Part shown: positions 36,600 through 47,425 of the stretch, one piece after another
How positions within the stretch are numbered: position 1 is the first letter of the stretch
Layout: the number at the start of each line of letters is the position of its first letter
Source of the DNA: Anthoceros angustus
Taxonomy: Eukaryota; Plantae; Anthocerotophyta
Direction: 5' to 3'
NCBI GenBank assembly: GCA_010909165.1
Contig: MU008163.1
Location: 62,001-126,000 of the forward strand
DNA: 64,000 nt
The notes under the pieces: generated by a model
What the model was told of the DNA's origin: nothing
Databases searched by the model: none
Seen by the model: the letters and a program-made list of their open reading frames with translations, nothing else
Program-made: the position numbers and the translations under genes

Positions 36600-37620
36600 G
36601 TTTCTACCGATGCTTCGCTCTTTTAAGAGTTGGACAATATTGTCATAGGACAGAATGGTTAGATGACCATAATGCTGAAGGCCCAAGATTTGGATACCAA
36701 AAGCAAGAGTCATGCAGAGGTTACCATCATGCCTTCTCGAAAGTGTTCGATAGGGACTTCAAACGGTTTTCACAGCTATAAGTCTGAGCCTTTTGAATTC
36801 CTTGTTGTATCGCACCAGGATAGGTAGCTGAAAAATATCAGCCTGTTGAGGTCGGTGTGAACATATATGCCACCTGTTCGGGCTCCTCACGAGGTATGCC
36901 ATCTGTATCTTCAATTCTTTTCTAGTTTGCTTTGCTGGACAAGCATATGCTGATGGCTGTTCCTGCATCTAACACACAACGAGGAAAATATGTTGTTCTC
37001 TTATTTGTTGCAAGGATTCCTTTCCTGTTGTTGTGTTAGATCGATACCTCTTGCTCAGACCGCTGCTTCACCAATGGAAAAGTAGAACAACTTCAAAATG
37101 CATGGGTCAAGCGTTTGTTGGTGGGTGTTCGTGGTACCCGAGACACAGACTTGGTATCAAGACCACCTAGAGGCCCTGGGTTCATTGAAGAGCGTGGGAG
37201 TAAAGTGATGGAGAGACTGGAACAACCATTGCTTGCTTTGCCATATCCGGTATTCGGCTCGTCTCCTCCTGTACAGAATTTTAACTTTGCAAAGATATAC
37301 TATCGGTGAGCAGTCGTATCAGCTCCCAAGGATTGTGGCTCTGCAAAAATTGTGTGTGACCAATCTGGCCCTTTCTATTACATCGGCAAACTAGGAGAAA
37401 CTTTGACATTGCTGACTGCCGGTGCCGGACTTTGGAAAACTCAATGCCTGGATGGCCTTTTGAAAAGGTTTCGTGCTGAAAACCACATGGTCCTTTTGTT
37501 TGCCCATATCGATTAATATCGCTATTGATTAATATCGATTAATATCGATATTGGTAATCGATGATAGTATCGATATTATCGGATATTACAATCAAATATC
37601 CGGTAATATCACAGGACAAG
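36600..37620 (-). mobile_element. Degraded hAT (DUF659-type) transposase remnant with ATCGAT/TAATATC motif array at one end
   Basis: Minus-strand fragments DMGKQ..., DVIERARLVT..., ISLQS and NRW....HRP......LP resemble the hAT motifs DIGK, FISLQSL and RW...LH.PLHAA.Y.LNP. Dense ATCGATTAATATCG repeats at 37503-37600, with similar arrays at 33720-33770 and 35730-35785. Confidence 0.45.
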
Positions 37621-38016
37621 CGATCGTAATTTCACCATCCGATCGCCCAATTACCTCGTTCATTGTCTACTTTGCAGTTAACATTAAGCCTAAGGCACAA
37701 AGGTGGAGTACGGCAGTTGCATCGTCTCTTCCATTCATTCGACGTAGTACTTGTACTTAACATGATACACCCGCGATTGTCAAATCACGGAATTACGACC
37801 AGCTGTCCAAGAGTGGATCTAGACAAGGACCGCTTATGGCAGGCACCGAGTCCTGACTTGGGCAGAGGCTTGGAGGTCCTAAAACCTATGCGACTATCCG
37901 TGCAGGCATTTCGTCATTCGCCTTATGGACTAAATCCTGAATTGAAACATGGCAGAGTCAAAAAAATTGGAAGGACAGTTACATACACCTGTGTACATTT
38001 GACGAGACAATAATTC

Positions 38017-41000
38017 CTACCTGTCCTCAGTTAGATGCTGGTGTACATCACCCTGGCTGTCCAACGGCATATACTGCGCCATGATTGCCCTTATCTCTGA
38101 ATCCATGTACGACTGCAGGGAAGACCACAAAACCCCGTCAGTGATGCTTCAGTAGACGCGCAGGCCACCAAGACGGCTAGACAGACATGCTTACCCGCAG
38201 CCTGTACTTGTAAACAACGTAGCCACTCACACCAACAACAGCCAAGGCACCCAATACTACCAGAGTCACCACCCAGCCAACTCTGGAGACCTGTTCCGAT
38301 TTACCTGGAACAAGCGCGAGAACCATGGTCAATGGCACTTGAAACCCGCTGGACTGTACAGGGACCGAACAACCCAATAGAAGGAGATACGCTACAGCTG
38401 CTTAAACTTACTTATGCACGTGTCATGCTCGCGGATATACAGGAGATCGGTAGACCCTAAGCATGAACAATCATAGCTACCCCAGGTGTTCTTGCATGAG
38501 CACTGTGGGCATGTGCACGCTGTTTTCTCCGAACACTCGTCAATATCTGATAACGCACCAGAGCAGGCAACACACGGATCTCGTTCAGCTCGTCACAATG
38601 GGTCATTGACAGGACGACTCCAAACGTCAAGTCAAGTAACGTCACGTCACGTCAAGTCAAGTCAAGTACCAACAAATACAAGCTTGACAATAACAGCCTT
38701 TCTTAAGGTAAGGGTCCATACGTACCAACACAGCTGTTGACCCCATCGCCCTTGAAGCCACTGGGACATTCGCATCCTTGCAGCTTCATATCCTGCAAAA
38801 CAGAGCTAAGAGTCAATAATGCAGAACAGATTAACCAGCCCTCATCCATCAGGAACGAAAGAGAAGAGCCCACTTACCGAACAAGCAGAAAAGGTCACAG
38901 CGTCCTTTGTCTCTTTCCAACAACCACCATTATCAATTGTGCATCGCCCAGTGCCAATTGCTGAAACAAAGACTCCAGTCAGTACACATTATTAAGTACT
39001 GAGTGCAGCACAACCGCTTGCTTCCCCTAATATTCTATCAACCAAACTTTTAACTTACGTTCGCAAGAGCTGTAGCCATCACCCTGAAATTGGACGCCTG
39101 CAACTGCAGGGCACTGACAAATCCGGCCGCGGAATGTGTCCTGCCCATTGCAGAAGGATATATCGATCAAAACCACAGATGTCATTGATTTTCTCAGGTG
39201 TAAAGGGTGTCAAAGTGGGTATAAAGTGGTGATACCTTGCATGCTGTAATATTCTGCTTTGTATTTTGCCAGCAGCCACCATTATTCGTCAGACATTCAT
39301 TTGTCTCCATGTCTGCCGAAAGGGTGCAAAATTAGTCCAGCACTTTATACAATCAGCGATGACACAGTTCACTTTGGCATGAAACTAATAAACACACCTT
39401 CATTCAAACAGATTGCGGGCTCAGTTGCTTCCTGGAAGCCTGAACAAATGGCCTTCAGGACTGCCGTCCTTTCCAACTTTCCTGAAGTCAACCTCGAATG
39501 AGATACACTGCTCCCGAAACAAGGAGATTGCACAAAGCACAGACAGACAACAAACCTCTGTATTGCCTCTGGTTGATGACAAGCGTGGGTAGTATTGTGA
39601 CATCTCCCCGCTCTCCTTGTCCAACCTAACCACATGTGTCGCAGAGATGCATCAATGCAAGGCGAATTTCCCACAAGGAAACACGATCTGAAGTCATGTA
39701 AGAAAGACTTTTGCTCAACCAGATCCGAATCAAGAGACCAAATGCTTCACCTGTGCATCTTGCTCCTTCTGCAGAACCTCATTGTCCAAATTGGCCTCAG
39801 GGTCGCCCATACATCGATTGATGTCATCCAGCGGAAGGCCTGGAAAAGTCAAACTAAGGACGTTATTCATGATACCTCTGCCTGCTGCACATTGGGCAGG
39901 CAAGCACCTAGGGTTGCTAGAATGAGAGATGGAACGGACCAAGCGACTTGATGACTTCTTCTGCACAGGCCTTGTTGTACTTCTGCTCTTTCATAGGGCA
40001 CCTGATCTGGAAGTCCGTTACATAATCCCACCACACCCATGGCTTTTGCAACTTCTCTTTTCCAACCTTGAACACACATAACTGCCTCAAATTCTCTGTC
40101 ACAACATCCTTGCCGTCATAGCCGATGGTGAAGTCCTGCTCAGGATCAGGAGCACAATATCTGCCATTGTTGATGCACTGGGCCTTGCACTGCTTGCTAA
40201 ACAAGAAAGCCTGAGGGCAATACCACGTTATATAATGAGGTGTGAATTCCACATAGGAACCTTGCTCAAGGATCTCCGCAGCACCTTTGAACTCCTTCAA
40301 AAACCCCATAATGTTGTCACACTTCGGCCCACATTGATCGTTACTGTTAGTCCACAACTCATATTCCACACGATTATCAGGATGGGGCAGCGACTCTCCA
40401 GTCCAAATTCAGGGTAACCATCTCGGTTTTGTCAGCCAGCCACTTTGAGCTCGTCGCCAAAGTTCTGCTCAATAAGAGCGGACGGATGGTGATATTTAGC
40501 AAATAAGTAAACGCATCTGCATCCGCATCCGGTTGATCCATAGTGATAAGCAGTTCACCTGTCATCAGCCACAAGGACAGCCGCCGCTCCAGCTTGCTGC
40601 GCATTCCACACCTTCTTCGCAAAGAAACAATCTGCACCAGCCGCCAAACCGAGATCCAGACTTCATTAGAATACTTCCTCCGACAATAACGCATGCAAGA
40701 CCAGAGCAGGAGGCTCGCCCGACGGCAAAACCGACTCAAAAACCCTGATCAAATGGCTCAAGACCAGGCATCCGACACTGGAATACATCAAGCTCACAAG
40801 TTTCAATCCAAACAAATTTCACACACACTCCGTCCACGCAGATCCACCAGATCCACATCCAATCACCAGCTACGGCGCGCCACCACCCCTGACAAATCAG
40901 ATCCAAAACGAACACTCCACACCGGCGTACTAACTCAAACAGCGTGCACCGGACAACAACCTCCGCGATCCGTGAGCAGAATAGTCGGCAACGCGCCGGG

Positions 41001-41257
41001 CGTGCTGCTCTTGAAGTTAGTGGAGAAGGGGACGCAGGCCCTGGAATTATCCCCGGTAGACCACGTTCCCGAGCATGGTCCCGCCGTAGTGCGGCACGCC
41101 GAAGTTCCCGATGGCGCTGTTGTAGCTCTTCTTGGCAGCGGAGCGGGGAGGCGACGGTGATGCTGTTCTCCTCCACGACAAACCTGGCCTGCACCACCGC
41201 CACACATCCCAACAGCAGCAGCAGCAGCAAGCCCGGCGCCATGCGATTCCGATCCAT
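38017..41257 (-). CDS. VSR: Vacuolar sorting receptor (BP-80/VSR family), multi-exon; a few indels in exons 1-2 of this copy
   Basis: Signal peptide then RFVVEENS; [13 protein letters not shown]; PA domain; [18 protein letters not shown]; [10 protein letters not shown]; [16 protein letters not shown]; EGF repeats; TM segment ([10 protein letters not shown]...YKYRLR); tail [19 protein letters not shown] with the YMPL sorting motif; stop at 38019-38017. Confidence 0.95.
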
Positions 41258-41499
41258 GGCCCCGGCGCTACCAAACCCTCCTTCACTCCCGCCTCGCTCC
41301 GCGCGGCCGCCGCTCCGATACCGCCTGCTCAGCTCCGCGGCATGCAGGTCTGCAATTCCGTCTGTCATGCAAATCCGCCTCCGTGCCGCAGCAATCCGCG
41401 ATTTTCTGGCCCAGCTGCCGCCCGCCGCAAATGGAGTGCCGCACTCAAGCGAGCCCGAGGGCGAGCCCGGATCCGCCACGCGGCGCGTAGGCCGCAAGC

Positions 41500-43302
41500 G
41501 ACTGCCGTCCTTTCCAACTTTCCTGAAGTCAACCTCGAATGAGATACACTGCTCCCGAAACAAGGAGATTGCACAAAGCACAGACAGACAACAACCTCTG
41601 TATTGCCTCTGGTTGATGACAAGCGTGGGTAGTATTGTGACATCTCCCGCCTCCTTGTCCAACCTAACCACATGTGTCGCAGAGATGCATCAATGCAAGG
41701 CGAATTTCCACAAGGAAACACGATCTGAAGTCATGTAAGAAAGACTTTTGCTCAACCAGATCCGAATCAAGAGACCAAATGCTTCACCTGTGCATCTTGC
41801 TCCTTCTGCAGAACCTCATTGTCCAAATTGGCCTCAGGGTCGCCCATACATCGATTGATGTCATCCAGCGGAAGGCCTGGAAAAGTCAAACTAAGGACGT
41901 TATTCATGATACCTCTGCCTGCTGCACATTGGGCAGGCAAGCACCTAGGGTTGCTAGAATGAGAGATGGAACGGACCAAGCGACTTGATGACTTCTTCTG
42001 CACAGGCCTTGTTGTACTTCTGCTCTTTCATAGGGCACCTGATCTGGAAGTCCGTTACATAATCCCACCACACCCATGGCTTTTGCAACTTCTCTTTCCA
42101 ACCTTGAACACACATAACTGCCTCAAATTCTCTGTCACAACATCCTTGCCGTCATAGCCGATGGTGAAGTCCTGCTCAGGATCAGGAGCACAATATCTGC
42201 CATTGTTGATGCACTGGGCCTTGCACTGCTTGCTAAACAAGAAAGCCTGAGGGCAATACCACGTTATATAATGAGGTGTGAATTCCACATAGGAACCTTG
42301 CTCAAGGATCTCCGCAGCACCTTTGAACTCCTTCAAAAACCCCATAATGTTGTCACACTTCGGCCCACATTGATCGTTACTGTTAGTCCACAACTCATAT
42401 TCCACACGATTATCAGGATGGGGCAGCGACTCTCTCCAGTCCAAATTCAGGGTAACCATCTCGGTTTTGTCAGCCAGCCACTTCTTGAGCTCGTCGCCAA
42501 AGTTCTGCTCAATAAGAGCGGACGGGATGGTGATATTTAGCAAATAAGTAAACGCATCTGCATCCGCATCCGGTTGATCCATAGTGATAAGCAGTTCGGG
42601 CCTGTCATCAGCCACAAGGACAGCCGCCTCCAGCTTGCTGCGCATTCCACACCTTCTTCGCAAAGAAACAATCTGCACCAGCCAGCCAAACCGAGATCCA
42701 GACTTCATTAGAATACTTCCTCCGACAATAACGCATGCAAGACCAGAGCAGGAGGCTCGCCCGACAGCAAAACCGACTCAAAAACCCTGATCAAATGGCT
42801 CAAGACCAGGCATCCGACACTGGAATACATCAAGCTCACAAGTTTCAATCCAAACAAATTTCACACACACTCCGTCCACGCAGATCCACCAGATCCACAT
42901 CCAATCACCAGCTACGGCGCGCCACCACCCCGACAAATCAGATCCAAAACGAACACTCCACACCGGCGTACTAACTCAAACAGCGTGCACCGGACAACAA
43001 CCTCCGCGATCCGTGAGCAGAATAGTCGGCAACGCGCCGGGCGTGCTGCTCTTGAAGTTAGTGGAGAAGGGGACGCAGGCCCTGGAATTATCCCCCGGGT
43101 AGACCACGTTCCCGAGCATGGTCCCGCCGTAGTGCGGCACGCCGAAGTTCCCGATGGCGCTGTTGTAGCTCTTCTTGGCAGCGGAGGCGGGGGAGGCGAC
43201 GGTGATGCTGTTCTCCTCCACGACAAACCTGGCCTGCACCACCGCCACACATCCCAACAGCAGCAGCAGCAGCAAGCCCGGCGCCATGCGATTCCGATCC
43301 AT
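41500..43302 (-). pseudogene. VSR: Partial tandem copy of VSR (first exons), or assembly-duplicated 5' end
   Basis: 39458-41500 repeats at 41500-43553 (period ~2.04 kb). Exon 1 (43302-43002) is intact here, while exon 2 has a 2-nt deletion near 42625 that copy 1 lacks. Confidence 0.8.
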
Positions 43303-44794
43303 GGCCCCGGCGCTACCAAACCCTCCTTCACTCCCGCCCTCGCCCGCTCCGCGGCCCGCCGCTCCGATACCGCCTGCTCAGCTCCGCGGCATGCAGGTCT
43401 GCAATTCCGTCTGTCATGCGCAAATCCGCCTCCGTGCCGCAGCAATCCGCGATTTTCTGGCCCAGCTGCCGCTCCGCCGCAAATGGAGTGCCGCACTCAA
43501 GCGAGCCCGAGGGCGAGCCCGGATCCGCCTCACGCGGCGCGTAGGCCGCAAGCGACCAGATTTCTGCCAGGTGCGGCGAGAGGGCGTGAAAGGAGGCAGG
43601 ACCCGGTCGGTGTGGTTTCCGCACCCGTGGACTCCTGCCACAGCCTTGGCCCGCCTCAGGTCCCTGTATCGGTATACATTTTTTTCAGTTTCTGTCCCCA
43701 ATTATTGCCTGCATCATCCCATCATCCTTTCCTCATGGGTCGCGGCCCGGACCGGGCCGGATCGCCCCACACCTACGCGGTCAGTTATTCCATACCACTC
43801 AAAAATATAGAATTTTCTCATCTTCTCCACGGACCCTTCGCTCCATAAAGCGCTTCTTCTCCTGACATGCATACAGTACATCTATTGATTTTGTCGACCC
43901 ACTCGTTCCACGTGGGAAGCCCTAAGTTCCACCCGTCGTATGCACATATGCAACATGCTGTGAATGTTTTCAATCATCCAATCTTGCTTTGGCTAGGATA
44001 AGCATAAACATGTGAATATTTTAAATTAAATTAAACATGTAAAAAAATATAAATATTATCTTCCAAGAGTGACATCTATACATGAGTTCATTAGAACTCT
44101 TACAATGGATCAGTATTTGGATGGGTGTTGTCCATCCCAATTATAAAAATATCATGCTTTTATATTCTTAAGGCGGATTAGTACTTGGATCGGGTGCTGT
44201 CCATTTCACTTATGCAAATATCATGTCCTCATCTCGGCATTCTATAGGGAGGGCCGTCCTGTGGTAATCCCCTTTGAGGTTTCTCCATATTATATTCGAG
44301 GTTCTCCATATCACATTCGACCACAAGACTTCGATGTATACTTTGAAATATCTATATAAAGTCTTTAAATTCATAAAATATCTAAATAAAATCTCTAAAA
44401 AAGAGTACAGATGCTGGTCGGGCTAGGAGTTTTCGTCCGCCGTCACTTGCAAGGTGAATACCTCTATGTACCAAGATTAAAATACGGTATCATCAACCAA
44501 AATTGTACCCTTGAAGTATCGTATTCATACTATCATGTGCCAGTGTCACCGCCCTGTGACTGGGACTAACTGTCTCAGTTACTAACCGAAATCAGTGCAA
44601 TCACGGACTTGTTCGTCGCAGATGGCGAGAGCCTCAGGGCGGCATCAGCCGGGGGCCAGGCTGCACAGCGGATTGCGCACGGCGTACACAGGAGGATGGT
44701 GGATTGAATCGAATTTCTGCGTTTTATTTCTTGTGTCCGCCGAGATTCTGTGAGCAGGCAAGGAGGAAGAAGCGAGATCTCACAATTCTGAGCT

Positions 44795-46120
44795 ATGGAG
44801 ATGAATTTGATTGCCATCTCTTTGCAGCAGGCGGAGCTCGGGGGCCTGCTGGATCGGCTGGGGCTGCTGGTGGAAGTTGTGTTTTCTATGTTGCTGCGGT
44901 TTACCGGCGTCATGATCTTCCTGCTGCCTAGTCCTTTCTCCGACCTCGTTTCCAATCCCTTCAGCTGCCCGGCCGGCGCCGAGACGCTTGGTATCAGCCA
45001 GAGATTGGCCGTCAAGTCCGGCAGCAGCGACAGCGTTGTGGTGCAGAGCCTGCCGCAGGGAGCAGGCCCGATCGGAAGGTCTCTGTTCCAGGTGCTGGCT
45101 CTGGTGAACGACATTCCGGCTTCCTCTAGCAAGTACGAGTTCGCCAAGACCCTGGCCGACAGGATTGTGAGGGACAACCAGCAGCACGGCGGCTACTTGC
45201 ACGACGTGAACAGAGCGGCTCTCAGCGCGGGGTTCACTCGGACTGTGAAGTTTCTGGCCCGATCCCTGAGCTGCTCACAGCGGCGGCAGCGAGGGAGCCA
45301 GGGCTGGGGATGGCTGTGGAGCTGGATTCCGTTGCTGAATGCTGGCCCGGGGAAGCTCTTCTTGCTGCCGGCTCCCGTGTCGGTTATCGTCGCTCGCCTC
45401 TTGAGCTTGTGCCAGTACGTTCTTCTAGGTCAGGCAGGCGGATGCCCCGGGCAGAGGACGGCGGAAAACATGTCTGCAAGCTTGGATTTCGCAGAGAAGT
45501 TGTCGCAGGAGCTGGTCTGGCTGAGCAAGAAGATGGTGGACAACTTTGCCGCGCATGATGCCATTGTTCAATGGTCATCGGCAAGCCCACTGGCCATGTT
45601 GTCTTTGACGGCGTCTCCAAGAGTGAAGCGTTCTCTTGTGAAGGTGTCCGGTAAGTTTTCTTTGCTGTAACTCGTTCGGAATGCGTCAATTTCGACAGAA
45701 ATTTCTAAGCTCGTGAGCTAACAATTGGATGTCCCCTGAGACCTAGCAGTGTTTCTATGCAAAGGACTCCTCAGAGAAGAAGTAAGGCTTCCAAAGGACG
45801 CTAAGGCGAATATACTGCTGCTATGGCTGCCTCTTTTATGTAATGCTACACACGGGGGAGATGGCCCCTTGTTCAGTTCTGGCGAGAAGGTTGTGCATGA
45901 GCGGATGTTGGGAGAGCTTGTCAGGAGTCTGCCAGCGGCTGAGCAGGAAGAGGTTCTCTCACTCTGGCTCCACGAGTTTGCCTTGTCAACTTCTGACTGG
46001 CCCAATCTTCTGGTTTGCTACGAGAACTGGTGCCATGCATCCCGGAAGCTAGGGTTGCCAGGTAATCCAACTCGGCAGATAACTTTCGACACACAAAGGC
46101 TGGCCATCGTGAGAGCATAA
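44795..46120 (+). CDS. Conserved plant protein of the At3g19920/At5g64230-like (BTB/POZ-related) family, 2 exons
   Basis: SSKYEFAKTLADRI...VNRAALSAGFTRT and C-terminal LLLWLPLLCNA...EQEEVLSLWLHEF...DWPNL..CYENWCHASRKL. Intron 45651-45746 (GTAAG...CTAG) keeps the frame (KVS-A-VFLC). True start may lie further upstream. Confidence 0.75.
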
Positions 46121-46633
46121 CCTCCAAGTGGACTGTGACGCCTCTCGACGCTGCGTACTACCACGATGCGGTTCTTAACATTGGAGCGTCAGCAGCTTTA
46201 GACTCAGATGGTGCGCTAAGAAATGTCCGTCATAGCGTCAGCTGCTTTCGTACCAGAGATATGGGATGTCCTCTTGATAGGCGGGCCGTGGTATGTGGTA
46301 CATATTTGGGTCTTTTTATACCTTATCCACTCTTGTGGTGGTGTACATGAAATGTGGAATGACATATACCTACACAAAATTTTTGTTATCCATGAGGTTT
46401 AATATTTTTAATTTTGAATTGTATTATATATATATTTCTTTTATAAATACTGGAATATAGCAGATAAAGTTATGTGCTATTTAATATAATTTAAAATTTG
46501 ATTTTTTAAAACTAGTGATTAAAAACTCATCTTTATGGTGCATAGAACTCTAAACACTACCTGTATAGAACTACCTATATAGGTTGAAGAGCTGCTAAGC
46601 AGCGGATCCAAACTTGGAATTGGTGAATCCGTG

Positions 46634-46786
46634 AATTACATCTGACATGTCTTCTATTCTGTGAGGCTAGCCAAATGCCCTTATAGTTAATTATTATAAA
46701 CTATATCCAAATTACATCCGACATGTCTTCTATTCTGTGAGGCTAGCCAAATGCCCTTATAGTTAATTATTATAAACTATATCCAA
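46634..46786. repeat. 2 x 76-bp tandem repeat
   Basis: AATTACATC(T/C)GACATGTCTTCTATTCTGTGAGGCTAGCC... at 46634 and 46710. Confidence 0.9.
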
Positions 46787-47002
46787 TGTAGCTTGGTTCA
46801 AAAGACGGGAAAAGAGAACAGCTACAAAGTTTCAAATAGGTGGATGAGGAAAGCATGGTTTCGTCCTCATCCTCGCCATCCTCTAACATATTATGGTGAT
46901 TCTAAAATTGTGAGAGGTTCTCACACAAGAACTTGATTTTTCTAACTTTATCGTCTGAGGTTTGAAACTTCTACACACTGTAGAAGAAAATTCAAGAAAA
47001 GA

Positions 47003-47425
47003 AGCTCAACAATGCCATAAAAGTCTATTGCCCTTGCCCAATAAGCTCAACAATGCCATAAAAGAATGGGGTTGGTCTCCCCCTGTGTGGTTTTCTTCAT
47101 AAAAGAATGGGGTTGGTCTCCCCCTGTGTGGTTTTCTTCTTCAAGGAACGGGCGTCGATCGCCCTTTAGAGAGCATTGGCCAACGCAATGTACAGGGGAT
47201 GTGGCATCTTCGGCACCAGTGATAGGTAGGCCTTTTCATATCCCAGACTATGATATTCTCAGAGCAGAAATTAGTTTCAAAATAGGTGTGATAGGTAGGC
47301 CTTTTCATATCCCAGACTATGATAACCTGTGATAGGTAGGCCTTTTCATATCCCAGACTATGATAACCAGTGATAGGTAGGCCTTTTCATATCCCAGACT
47401 ATGATAACCAGTGATAGGTAGGCCT
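47003..47425. repeat. Cluster of short tandem repeats (22-bp x2, ~39-bp x2, ~41-bp x4-5)
   Basis: AAGCTCAACAATGCCATAAAAG twice; AAAGAATGGGGTTGGTCTCCCCCTGTGTGGTTTTCTT twice; GTGATAGGTAGGCCTTTTCATATCCCAGACTATGATA repeated from 47218 to 47425. Confidence 0.9.

Noticed and set aside
40736-41738. 311-aa and 264-aa ORFs spanning the VSR duplication junction
   Set aside because: Chimeric read-through of exon, intron and UTR pieces created by the duplication.
47218-47425. Possible CRISPR array (~41-bp repeats)
   Set aside because: Mostly direct tandem units without unique spacers, and no cas genes.
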